Part shown: positions 12,722-25,031 of the stretch, piece after piece
Position numbering within the stretch: the first letter of the stretch is position 1
Layout: each line of letters opens with the position of its first letter
Program-made: the position numbers and the translations under genes
The notes under the pieces: generated by a model
The model's input: the letters and a program-made list of their open reading frames with translations, nothing else
What the model was told of the DNA's origin: nothing
Database searches by the model: none
Source: Felis catus
Lineage: Eukaryota
Assembly (NCBI RefSeq): GCF_018350175.1
Contig: NC_058368.1
Coordinates: 155,374,001 to 155,438,000 of the forward strand
Length of the DNA stretch: 64,000 nucleotides
Direction: 5' to 3'

Positions 12722-12931
12722 GTTTTTTGATTTTTTTTTAATTTTTTAAAAGTTTGTTTACTTATTTTGAGAGAGAGATAGCATGAGCAAGGTAGGGGCA
12801 GAGAGAGAGGGAGAGAGTGTCCCAAGCAGGCTCTGTGCTTCCAGTGCAGGCTCGAACTCAAACCATGAGATCAAGATCTGAGCCAAAATCAAGAGTCGGA
12901 CGCTTAACCGACTGAGCTACCCAGGCGTCCC
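12722..12931 (-). mobile_element. CanSINE
   Basis: TSD taata(c/a)atacttg at 12709-12721 and 12932-12944. Confidence 0.93.
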
Positions 12932-12990
12932 TAATAAATACTTGTGGTACTGAACCAAACTAACCTGAGACTGGCTGCCTACATATATAT

Positions 12991-12995
<5 letters not shown>

Positions 12996-13041
<46 letters not shown>
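12996..13041. repeat. (CA)n microsatellite
   Basis: Direct reading. Confidence 0.98.
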
Positions 13042-13043
<2 letters not shown>

Positions 13044-13497
13044 AACTCCCTGTCACTTTCCAAAAGATAACATGAACACACTCTCAAGATATAAAAAAAT
13101 TAAATTTACTAAATTATGTAGTTAATATGTTAGACAACTGTTTATCAATAGATAGAAAAAAGTGTATGTCAGAGGTTGCAGAGGTGGGGCTAGTTACACA
13201 CATATGGAGTATAGAAATCCCACATTCAGGGTGGTGCATTTAGTCCCTATTAAAATCAATATGATGTTGATTAAGGATCAAAAAGTAGATGAAATAATTA
13301 AGAAAATTTCCAATTAACTCTTAAAATCCAACAATTCAGATTTTTCATCTGAAAGTTACAACCCTTTACATAAAACATTCCAGTGATTTCAATAATTTTC
13401 CTATTTGGATAAGGCTATTTGAAATCACAGCTCCTAATAATTTAAATAATCTGTTAAAATGCAGCTAACCAAGTCAGAGTTAAATGGGTATGGTTTT

Positions 13498-13856
13498 GGG
13501 CACCTGAGCGGCTCAGTCATTAAGCATTTAACTTCAGTTCAGGTCATGATCTCACAGTTGGTGAGTTCAAGTCCCATATCAGGGAAGCACAAATTCCAGT
13601 TGGGGTGAGCTTGAACCCCTATAAGGTGAGCATTAGCCCCATTTCAGCTGAGCTCGAGCTCCACTTCAGGTGAGCACAAACCCTGTTTCAAGTAAAAACA
13701 CGAGCCCCAAGTGAGCCTCACTTCTCTCTCTCTCTCTCTGCCCCTCATGGGGTTCTCTCTCTCTCTATCTCTATCTCTATCTCTCCCCCCACCCCACTCA
13801 CGTGCATCCTCTCTCTCTCCCTCTCTCTAAAAATAAGTAAATAAAATAAATAAAAA
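13498..13856 (+). mobile_element. Atypical long CanSINE with an internal ~22-bp tandem array
   Basis: Normal head, 7-8 degenerate GTGAGC..AGCCCC..TTCAG units at 13561-13724, (CT)n, A tail; tatggttt on both flanks. Confidence 0.88.
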
Positions 13857-14069
13857 GGCTATGGTTTGGATTCAAAAACATATGCTCTGAGTAATTTTTG
13901 CCTATTCTTATCAATATATATATATATAACCTATACTATCTATACCATTAAGATGATTAAACCAAGTTAAGGCTCATGTATCCTGTAAATTTCCAAGGGC
14001 CAAAATTTTTGTTGCTGACAAATACACCAATGGTCAACTTTGCAAAAGGTAAAACAGACAAGGCAATTT

Positions 14070-14293
14070 TTAATTAATTACTTTATTTATTTTTGAGAAA
14101 GAGAGAGACAAAGAGAGACAAAGAGAGGGCAGGGGAGAGGAGGGGCAGACAGACAGGGAGACACAATCTGAAGCAGGCTTCAGGTGCTGAGTTGTCAGCA
14201 CAGAGCCTCAAGCGGGGCTCGAACTCATGAACCATTAGATCATGACATGAGCCAAAGTCAGCTGCTTAACCAACTAAGCCACCCAGGTGCCCC
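14070..14293 (-). mobile_element. CanSINE
   Basis: TSD aaacagacaaggcaattt at 14052-14069 and 14296-14313. Confidence 0.95.
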
Positions 14294-17200
14294 TGAAACA
14301 GACAAGGCAATTTAAACTGCTAGAGACAACCAAGGATAAAAGTGGGACTAAAAGCACATTAAGTATGCAAGTATGTTTTATACATACATAACAGTGCTAC
14401 AGTATACCCAAAGATTAAACATGTGCACGTACATGCACACACACAGACACCCAAATGACCCCTCTGAAGTTACAAAGGAATTAATACTATCTAGTGGAAT
14501 AACAGATTCTGCACGTGTTGATATTACTCAAAAGTTTGTTTGAATTTAAATCCTGGCATAGCACAGATAAGTGACTCAAAGATAATCAAGAAATTAATTA
14601 GCACCCCACCCAAGATCCTTTACACAGTTTAGAGTTTAAGACTAATTCGTAAAACTGTATTAGTATGCCTTATGCTTTCTTCATAAATTATTATAAATTA
14701 TATAATTTAAGTGAATAAACAGAACAAAAAAATGGATCAAAGTTATAGCATTAATTAATATCACCTAAGATTATTAACCAAAATGGAATTATAATTAGGA
14801 TGGAAATGATTAATAAAATCTGTTGAATTAAACTTATAAAATTAGTCTCATCTACTGTTTCAATACTTGTATTTTTCAGGCAATTTTTATGTAAAATTGT
14901 CAATCTTGTCACATATAAAATTTGTCCAAGATTTGTAAATATAGGTCAATTTTTAACCAGTTCAGAAACTAAAAAAAAATTTTTTTAAGTAATAATCACA
15001 GAGTAATTTCTGAAAATGTGTTAATAATTTGTCACAGTTACTTAGATGTTAAGGTTGCTCATCTTGCTCATTGCTATTTTCCCAGACCAAGCACAGGGTC
15101 TGCAACACTACAAGTAGTCAATTATATCAAACTGAGGTTCCATCTTTCAGCAGCCTGTACCAAATTATTTTTCATAACGTTTTCCCACCCTGAACATTTA
15201 GTGCATGTCTGCTTATGTATATTTTCTGGGAAGAGGATTAATATCTTTTATCCCAGACTCAAGTGACTATATGGCACCAAAAATAATTAAAAGCTACAGA
15301 TTGAAACAAATATGGGCATGCTAACTGTAAGTTGTGGCTCTCAAACACACAGTAGAGAGCTGAGGTCCCTCTAAGAACAGTTCAGAAGAATGAGGTCAAC
15401 TCTAGAAGGAAAAGGGTTTTTCTGGTTGTTTTTTCATCTTTGTGTATACTCTGTTTCGCCTGTTAATCAAAATTAGAAGATTACAACAATTATTCATTTA
15501 ATTCGACTGTCACAAATGCAGCTACTGAGACATCTACACTACATCATACTTTAGTAAGGAACAGTACAGTTATCATTAAATGTACCTACCACAAATGAAC
15601 AAATATGAGGATACATACTAGATAATTCTCTTTGGAATCCAGACTGGCTTATTAAATATTCTTTTTTATTGACTTCTGTAATCCTTGCTTACTCTAACTC
15701 AGTAAAATAGCGGCTAAATCTTACATGATAAAGTAAGCTAGACTTCCAATTAATTTTCTTTTACATGCCACTTTAAATCTTCTTTTAATACTGAGTATAC
15801 CTATTTCATAGGTGAACACCATAGAGTCCTGCCCCAGCAAACTCACTCTACGTGCCCATCCTCATGCCAACTGTAACTAACATGCTGCAATTCCACAACA
15901 TTACATCAAGAAAAAGCCAAGTTTCAGATTTTACAGTTTGATTACTAAGATTACATTAGCTCATACCAGTGGTTTAGTCACCGTATCAACTATTCGTATT
16001 AAATCTTTGGATGCAATGAAAGTTAACAATGCTATTTTTATGTTGTGCAAAAAAAAAAATCATTCAGTCTGTTTTCCCTTTTTGATTACAGTTCATTTAA
16101 GGAAAAAATGTTGCTGTATGGCTTGACAATGTTTTATGTGTCTTCGGCTGATAGAACACACAAAACGTTTGAATAGGCCCATTTATTTGAGCAGACGTAT
16201 TAAATAATACTTTAAATGTGAACATGCATGTCATAAATTTTGTAGTCTCTTTAAAGTAGGATAAATCTGGTATTTAAAATAGTCTTTGTTCAAAGCCATT
16301 TTTTTTTCTAACAGTCATAAAGGGACTCTGATTTGTGCTGCATGAACAATGCCAGCATCATCATTTTAATGTTATCCATATGGGCTTCTAATAATAGATA
16401 AGAGTCTACATTTGTATTATATGTCTTAGAGACATTTAAAATCTAGATAAGGAAAGGCTGATTTCATTGGCCCCATAGTTAAAGGAAAGCAGACCCTAAT
16501 TAAAAGAATTCTGTTCTGAATTAACTAGTTTGACATGTGCTAATTGACAGTTCCTGTGAAATGGTTCTAATTAAAGTCAATATGTCTTTTTCAATTAAAA
16601 GGAAATTAAGAATATACTAATATACATTAACAACTTAATCTGCCTTCAATATCCCATACATCAGCTGCTTTTTCCCCCCTAATGTTATTGAAGAACCATC
16701 TGACATGAATCATCTACTGTTTGCTTATGGTATCTCATTATTACTTCACACGAGCACAGCAGTAGTATATGTCCCCTTGAGGAAGAGAGTAACCTGCATA
16801 TGCTTTAATTTTCAGAGCTCCCAACTTTTAATTCATTAAAAATAAACACACCTTTTTGAATTCAGAAAATGGACATTCTTAGTAAGTTTTGCTAACTGAA
16901 AACAAAGACAAGTGTTCTCAATTAGTTGGTCATTTTACTATAGGCCTTAGAGGTAATTGCAATTTGCTGGAAAGAAGGCTAGACTATGTTTTCACCATTT
17001 GGCTTGATGCAAAGCAAAGCATGATTTGAGCAACATACAGAAAACATCCTTCAAATTTGTTCTGTTTCCCAAGTGAAATTTTGGGGAAATCTCAGGTGGG
17101 AATACTTTGCATTGTATACACAACAGAAAAATAGAAAGCAAAATTGCTCAAATGCCAGCACTAACAGAAGGCCCATAATATTCACTGAAAATATAGCATT

Positions 17201-19070
17201 AGTGAAGCTGTTTACAGCAACATAATATTCAAACGTGCATTACCAAAGCTACGGTGTTAACAATTTTAATGCTACAGAAGGTAATATTAAACTCAAGCAC
17301 CAATAATAATGTACACAACATTAAAATCACACAGAGACCTATGGAAAAAATTAAAACTATTTTCTTTGGTATATTATAATTTAGACATTTTAATTAAAAT
17401 TAAAAGTATGTTAAAGAAGTTTCTATACTATCAAGACACTATATGCAGTCCTTTCATATGAGACAGCAGATATTCTGATGGGTGTTCCATCACAACCCCC
17501 TTTCTACAGTTTAAATTCAACCATAAAATGTGGCTACTTATAGCAATAGGAAATTATTTTACTTAATTTTACCAAAATTAATTTAATGAACATTTAATAC
17601 AGAACAAAAAAAGTAAACATTTTCACTTTTCTACTTTTATTCATTTATATTTTGAAAACATTAAATTTCTATCACTTGTAGCATTCTGAGCATGTATGAG
17701 AGTGATGGAGAGACAGTTAGCCAGCCAGTCAATACAAGATCACTCATTGAAAGCATTTTCCCCAAATGTACTCTATTAGTCTTTTCCGAGTAGTTACCAA
17801 AAACTTTAATCGGGAACTGTAAAAGTCTAGTGATTTTCCAAAATGGGCAAATGCATATTAACCCATGTTCAAAAAAGCACCTCCCTATGATTATAAATAT
17901 AATCAGACTCAATAGTCAAAATGCAATGGTCCTTATCACCCTGTGGAGCCCCTAGTCTGACTTCCAATCTCAGGTTCTTGTTCCTCGAGCTGGCATAGAC
18001 AAACTGCTGCAGTAACAGCATGTACTCAGCTTTCTGAAATGGGAGGGAAGCCAATGCAGCAACTTTTCTGCCCAATTAAAGAGTAGTGTCTATAGCAGGC
18101 CTACACAACATAAGGCCTGCAGACTGCATACAGCCATGAAGCAATTGTTCATGACCCACCTACAGATTTGAGAAAGTAGAACAAGTAGAAAGACAGACAA
18201 CATGGCACCCATGTCAGCAACAAGAGATATAGCTGTCCCACAGATTCATTCCATCTCTTAGTTTACATGTTATAATACCCCTTATCTAAACTCAGGATAC
18301 AAATCAAAGTGCTTTGTCAACCCTGCCAACAAAGGCATTCACTGCACCCATGCTAACCTAGTATAAAAACCTCCCAACAGACACAAACTAAATGGAACTA
18401 AAACTAGGAAAATTCTATAGCATTCATCTAACAGTTTATCTTCCTTAAGCAGTCAGTAAATATTTATTGATGATCCTCATGGTTTATGTTTTCTTTTCAT
18501 CTCTCTCTCGCTCTTGTCATTTACTTACCAATGGGTGACCAAAAAAATTATTTTCCAAACTGGAACACTTTTAAGAGTGGACATGGCAGGGAGCAGTGTC
18601 ATGGAAGATGGCAGAGTAGGAAGCTCTAGAATCAGTCCCTCCACCAAAACAACTATCATTCTGGCAAACAAACAAACAAACCAAAAAAAAAAAAAAAACT
18701 GTTAGAATCAACTATTTCAAAACTCTGGAGTCTAGCTGAACACTGGTAGCATCCAAGGGAACACTTGATAAAGAAAAAGACTGGTAAGTTTTGGTGAATT
18801 TCAGCATTACATATGACAGCTATAATCCACAACCTTGCTGAAAGTAACCATGGGGACAATGGCCTAAATTCCTGATGCAGCTTTTTGGCATCAGGGTGGG
18901 CAGTAGAGACTTTCTCCTCCAAAAACCAAAGTTCTGTGTCTTGATCTATACAGCAGTTCACTGAGGGGCCAGGACAGAGACAGCCACTGGTTCAACCCAT
19001 CAGGTTGCTTCATTACCATCAATGGAGGAAGTCACAGAGACATAATACCCTTAAAATTTTTTTTGTTCTC

Positions 19071-19290
19071 GGGGCACCTGGGTGGCTCAGTCGGTTGAGC
19101 CTCCTACTTCGGCTCAGGTGATGATCTCATGGTTCATGAGTTCGAGCCCCACATCAGGCTCTGTGCTGGTAGCTCAGAGCCTGGAGCCTGCTTCCGATTC
19201 TGTGTCTCCCTCTCTCTCTCTGACCCTCCCCTGTTAATGCTCTGTCTCTGTCTCAAAGATAAATAAACATTAAAAAAAAAATTAAAAAAA
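19071..19290 (+). mobile_element. CanSINE
   Basis: Perfect TSD aaaattttttttgttctc at 19053-19070 and 19291-19308. Confidence 0.95.
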
Positions 19291-20208
19291 AAAATTTTTT
19301 TTGTTCTCTCATTGGATCCAGGTATTTAAGGAAATCTCTGTCAGGTCACTGGCTGACCAAAGATATAACAGAATATAGACTTCAGTGACCATACATGACA
19401 AGAAATACAGTCTTTGCAAAATCCACTGTGGAAAGGTCACTAAATAAATGAGCTACTGCAACCTTCATCAAGTAACAACAGCACTACTTGGTGTAGTGGG
19501 AAGAATTTGATTTCCTAAATTACATTACAATATTCAAAATGTCCAGATCTCAACAAGAAAATTATAAAACACACAAATAGGAAAATATTACTTTCATAGG
19601 AAAAAAGGAAATTGACAGAAACCATCCTTTAAAAGCCTAGACACTGAACTTAGTAGGCAAAAACTTTAATTTACTACCTTAGATATGTTTGATGAACTAA
19701 AGAAAACCATGGACGAAGAACCAAGGGAAATTAGGAAAACGACATACGAACAAATAATGAATATCAACAAAGAGAAATTATTAAACAGATAAAAGTAGAA
19801 ATTATGGAGCTAGACAATACAAAAGATAAAAAATTCATGAAAGGGATTCAACAGCAAATATGAGCAAGCAAAAGCAATAACCATCACATCTGAAAACAGG
19901 GCAATTATAACTGCACATTCTGAGGAAAAGAATAAACACAAATAAAGCAAAATAAACAGGGGCCTAAGAGACCTATGGGACACCATCAAACATCTCAATG
20001 TGCGCATCATGGGAGCCCCAGGAGAAGAAAAAGAAGCAGAAAAAATTTTTTGAAGAAATACTGCTTCCCAATTTTGATGAAAGACATGAATATACACACC
20101 CAAGAATCTCAACAAACTCTATGGAGGACAAAGAAATCCACACCACATTATTAACAAACTGTTGAAAGACAAAAAAATCTTGAAAGCAGAAAGAAAGAAG
20201 CAATTCAA

Positions 20209-20402
20209 GGATGGCTAGGTGGCTCAGTCATTTAAGCATCCAATGTCAGCTCAGGTCATGACGGTTTCGTGGGTTTGAGCCCTGCAATGGGCTCCATGCA
20301 CTCACTGCACAGATCCTGCTTGGGATTCTCTCTCTCTGCCCCTCCCCTACTTGTACTCTCTCTCTCAAAATAAATAAATAATTTAAAAATTTTTAAAAAG
20401 AG
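20209..20402 (+). mobile_element. CanSINE
   Basis: SINE body and tail; imperfect TSD agaagcaa(t/c)tca. Confidence 0.9.
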
Positions 20403-20454
20403 AGAGAGAAGCAACTCATAATACACAAAGCATTCTCAAAAAAGATTAACAGCC

Positions 20455-20571
20455 AGGACAGGGGATGAGCTAAATGGGTAAGAGGCATTAAGGAATCTAC
20501 TCCTGAAATCATTGTTTCACTACATGCTAACCAATTTCGATTAAATTTTAAAAAAGAAAATTAAAAAAAGA
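20455..20571 (+). mobile_element. Extremely 5'-truncated felid-type L1 3' end
   Basis: Matches 48545-48650. Perfect TSD aaaaaagattaacagcc at 20438-20454 and 20572-20588. Confidence 0.9.
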
Positions 20572-21101
20572 AAAAAAGATTAACAGCCTATTTCTTATCA
20601 GAGACTCAGAAGGCCAAATGACAGGAGGACAACATATTTTTAGAAATTGAAAGGAAAAAAATGTCAATCAGGAATTCTGTACTCAGCAAAACAATGCTTC
20701 AAAAATGAAAAAGAAATTACAACATTACCAGAAAAGCAAAGCTAAGGGAATTCACTACTAAGTAGATCTTCTCTATAAGTAATGCTAAAGGAAGTCCTTC
20801 AGGTTGAAATGAAAGGATACTACAGAGTAACTCAAAGTCATACAAAGAAATAAAGATCACTGGTAAAGGTAACTACATAGGTAAATATAAAAGCTAGTAT
20901 TATTGAATTTTTGGTATCTTTTTTTTATTTTCCATATCATTTAAAAGACATGCACAAAAAATAATTATAGGTCTATGTTAATAGGTACACAATGCATAAA
21001 GATGCAATGTGTGACACTAACAATATAAAGGAGAGGATAAAGCTAGAAAGGAGTAGACTTAATTTTTCAACTGAAGCTAAACTGGTATCAATTCAAATAA
21101 G

Positions 21102-21318
21102 TTTTTTTAAATGTTTATTTATTTATTTTGAGAGAGAGAGAGTGTGCACTTGAGTGGAGGAGGGGCAGAGAGAGAGAGGGAGAGAGAGAATCCCAAGCAG
21201 GCTCCACTCTGTCAGTGCAGAGCCCAACATGGGACTTGCACCCATGAGCTGTAAGATCATAACGTGAGCCAAAGTCGAGACTCAGATGCTTAACTAACTG
21301 AACCACCCAAGCAGCCTT
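21102..21318 (-). mobile_element. CanSINE
   Basis: Reverse SINE with T-rich tail. Confidence 0.9.
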
Positions 21319-21410
21319 AAACAAAATTTTTATCAATTTAGGATGTTAACTGTAATCCCCATTGTAACCTCTAGGAAAATAACTAAAAAATAAACATAAA
21401 AAGAAATGAA

Positions 21411-21470
21411 TACACCTGAAACCAATGTAACATTGTTTGTCCACTATATTCAAATAAAACAAAAAAATTT
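21411..21470 (+). mobile_element. 60-bp L1 3' terminus
   Basis: tacacctgaaaccaatgtaacattg...tattcaaataaaa resembles 28005-28050; aatgaa on both flanks. Confidence 0.7.
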
Positions 21471-21871
21471 AATGAAGACAGAATCAAAAGGTATACTAGA
21501 AAAAAATCAAACACAAAAGAAGGCAGCACATAAGGAAGTGAGGAACAACAACAACAAAAAACATGACACAGAGAAAACAAATAGAACAATGGCAGAAATA
21601 ATCACTTTTATAATCACATAATTATAATCAATAATCATTATAAAAGCAAACAGGTTAAACTCACCAATTAAAAAACTGCTACTGGCAGAAGGAATTTAAA
21701 AAATGATACAACAATAAACTGCTTATAAGAGACTCATTTTACACCCAAACACGTAAGTTGAAAGTGAAAGGGTAGAAAAAGGTATTACATACCAACAGTA
21801 ATCAAAAGGGAGCCCAGCTGGCAGTATTAACATGAGACAAAATGGATTTTACATCAAAAACTGTTGCAAGA

Positions 21872-22076
21872 GGGCACCTGGGTGGCTCAGTCAGTTAAGA
21901 GTCCGACTTTGGATCAGGTCATGATCTCACAGTTCGTGAGTTCAAGCCCTGCGTCAGGCTCTACACTGACAGCTCAGAGGGTGGAGCCTGCTTCGAATTC
22001 TGTCTCTCCCTCTCCCTTGGCCTCTTCCCCTCTCCCAATGTCTCTTTCTCTCTCTCAAAAATATGTAAACGTTAAA
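21872..22076 (+). mobile_element. CanSINE
   Basis: TSD aaaaactgttgcaaga at 21856-21871 and 22077-22092. Confidence 0.95.
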
Positions 22077-22161
22077 AAAAACTGTTGCAAGAGACAGAGA
22101 AAAACATTTTATAGTGATTAAAGGATCAATTCATCACAAAGATATAAGAATTATAGGCATA

Positions 22162-22860
22162 AATGGCAAGGGTGTGGAGAAAAAGGAACTCTCATTCACT
22201 GTTCTTGAGAATGCAATCTGATGCAGCTACTATGGAAAACAGTATGGAGGTTCCTGAAAAAATTAAAAGTAAAATTAACATATGATCTAGTAATTCCCAC
22301 TACTGGGTATTTACCCAAAGGATACAAAAACACTAATACAAAAAGATATATGCACCCCTATGTTTATTGCAGCATTATTTACAATAGCCAAGATATGGAA
22401 GCAACCCAAGTGTCCAAAGATAAGTGAATGAATAAAGATGATGTGGTGTGTATGTGTATGTATGTATGTATGTATGTATGTATGTATACACATACATATT
22501 CAGCCATGTAAAAGAAGGAGAGCTTGCCATTTCCAACAACATGGATGGATCTAAGGGTATAATGCTAAGTGAAATAAGTCAGATAGATAAACACAAATAT
22601 CATATAATTTCACTCACAGTGCAATTTAAATAACAAAACAAAGAAAAAAAGAGACAAAAAATATTCTTAAATAAGGAAAACAAACTGGTGGTTGCCAGAA
22701 GGTAGATGGGGGATTGGTAAAAGAGGTAAAGAGTATTAAGAGTATGTTTATCATGATAAACACTGAGTAATGTACAGAATTGTTGAATCATTATACTGTA
22801 CATTTGAACTAATATAACCCTATGTTAATTATACTTCAATAAAAATAAATTTTTCAAAAA
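22162..22860 (+). mobile_element. 5'-truncated carnivore L1 nested in the older L1, containing (TATG)n
   Basis: [18 protein letters not shown]2 C-terminal motif and a 3'UTR ending tatacttcaataaaaataaa; the host endonuclease sequence resumes afterwards. Confidence 0.9.
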
Positions 22861-23412
22861 AATTATTAAACATATACACATCAAACAACAAAGCCTCAAA
22901 ATATATGAGGCAAACAGTGACAGAACTGAAGAAATAGTCTACAGTAATAGTTGGAAACTTAAACAGCTCCTTTCAATAATGGATAGAATATGTACAAAGA
23001 AAATCAATAAGAAAATAAAAGACTTGAACAATACTATAAACCAACTAGACCAAGAGACATATATAGAATACTCCACCCAAGAATGGCAGAATATCTATTA
23101 TTCTCAACTGCACTGGAACATTCTCTAGAATAAACCATATGTTAAGCCATAAAACAATTTTCAAATTAAAAAAAATATCTAAATCATTCTAAGTATCTTC
23201 CCTGAGCATAATAGTATGAAGCTAGAAATCAATACTGGAAGAAAAACTGGAAAACTCAAACACATGGAAATTAAACAACATACTCTTAAGCAAGCAACCA
23301 GTAGAACAAGTAAAGACTCACTAGGCACAAAAAAAAACACTTTGAAATAAATACAAATAAAACACAGCATACCAAAACATACAAGGGGCAGCATAAGAAG
23401 TGATCTGAGGGA

Positions 23413-23643
23413 GGGGCGCCTGGGTGGCGCAGTCGGTTCGGTTAAGCGTCCGACTTCAGCCAGGCCACGATCTCGCGGTCCGTGAGTTCGAGCCCCGCGT
23501 CGGGCTCTGGGCTGATGGCTCAGAGCCTGGAGCCTGTTTCCGATTCTGTGTCTCCCTCTCTCGCTGCCCCTCCCCCGTTCATGCTCTGTCTCTCTCTGTC
23601 CCAAAAATAAATAAACGTTGAAAAAAAAAATTAAAAAAAAAAA
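23413..23643 (+). mobile_element. Young felid SINEC_Fc
   Basis: Almost all CpGs intact. TSD aagaagtg(a/t)tctgaggga at 23395-23412 and 23644-23661. Confidence 0.97.
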
Positions 23644-24983
23644 AAGAAGTGTTCTGAGGGAAATTCATGGCTGCAAACACTTACATTTAAAAAAGAAGAT
23701 CTCAAGTCAACAAACCAACTTCACACCTTAAGGAACCAGAAAAAGAACAACCTAAACCCAAAGCCAGGAGAAGGAAAGAAATAATAAAGATTATAGCCAA
23801 GAGAAACAAAATAGACAAAAGCAATAAAGAAAATCAATAAAACCAAAGATTGGTTCTTTGAAAAAAAATCAACAAAAATGAGAACCCTTCAGCTAGACTG
23901 ACTAAGAAAAAAAAATGAAAATGCAAATAACTGAAATAATAGATGAAAGCAGGGACATTACTACATTCACTTTTTCAATACTATTTTGACTACTTGGAGT
24001 CTCTTGAAGTTGCACATAAATTTGAGGAACAGTGGTTCAGTTTTACAAAACTAAAAGGGCTATAAGAAAATACCATGAACAACTTTATACCAACAAATTA
24101 GGCAATCTAGATGAAATGGATGAATTCCCAGGAAAACACAAATTACCAAGCCCAACTCAAGAAGTAAAAAGTCTTAACAGACCAGTAACAAATAGATTGA
24201 ATCAGTTAATAAAAATATGCTAACAAAAGGAAAGTCAGGATCATAAGGCTTCATTAGTGAAATCTATCCATCACTAAAAGAAGAATTAACAACATTCCTT
24301 CTCAAACTCTTCCAAAAAGATAGAGAACTCTAACACATTTCATGAGGTCTGCATTAAACTGATACCAAAGCCAGATAAAAATAACATAAGAAAACTACAG
24401 ACCAGTATCTCTTATGAATATACACAAAATTCCTCAACAAAATACCAGCAAACCAAGTCCAAGAGCACATTTAAAAAATTACACATCATCACCAAGCAGG
24501 ATATAACTCAGGTATGCAATGGTGGTTCAACATATGAAAATCAATCAATGTAATGCACACCACACTAATAGAAATTTAAAAACAAAACTACATTATAATC
24601 TCTATATATGCCAAAAAAAAAGAAAAAACAAAACAAAAACAAAAGCATTTGACAAAATTCTATGCCCTCTCGTGATAAAAATGCCCAGAAACTAGGATAC
24701 AAGGAAATTCCCTCAACATGATAAGGGGAACTTATGGAAAACCCATAGTTAATATCATAGTAGTGAAAGAATGAAAGCCTAACCTCAAGATCAAGAACAA
24801 GACTAAAATGCATGTTTTGATCACTGCTATTCGACTTTGTAGTGGAAGTTCTAGTCAGAGCAATTACCCAAGAAAAGGAAATAAGATGCATCCAAATTGA
24901 TAATGCCTTTTAGAAGTAGAAAGAAGTAGAAGTATTTCTACTTGCAAATGGCATGATTCTACTTATACAAAATCCATAGAATC

Positions 24984-24986
<3 letters not shown>

Positions 24987-25028
<42 letters not shown>
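24987..25028. repeat. (CA)n microsatellite within L1
   Basis: Direct reading. Confidence 0.98.

Positions 25029-25031
<3 letters not shown>

Noticed and set aside
13561..13724. CRISPR-like periodic array
   Set aside because: The units are contiguous degenerate repeats without unique spacers, inside a SINE in mammalian DNA.
15967..16031. Possible exon (LLTFIASKDLIRIVDTVTKPL) ending CTG|GTATGA on the minus strand
   Set aside because: The acceptor is purine-rich (aaaaatag) and the peptide is unrecognised.
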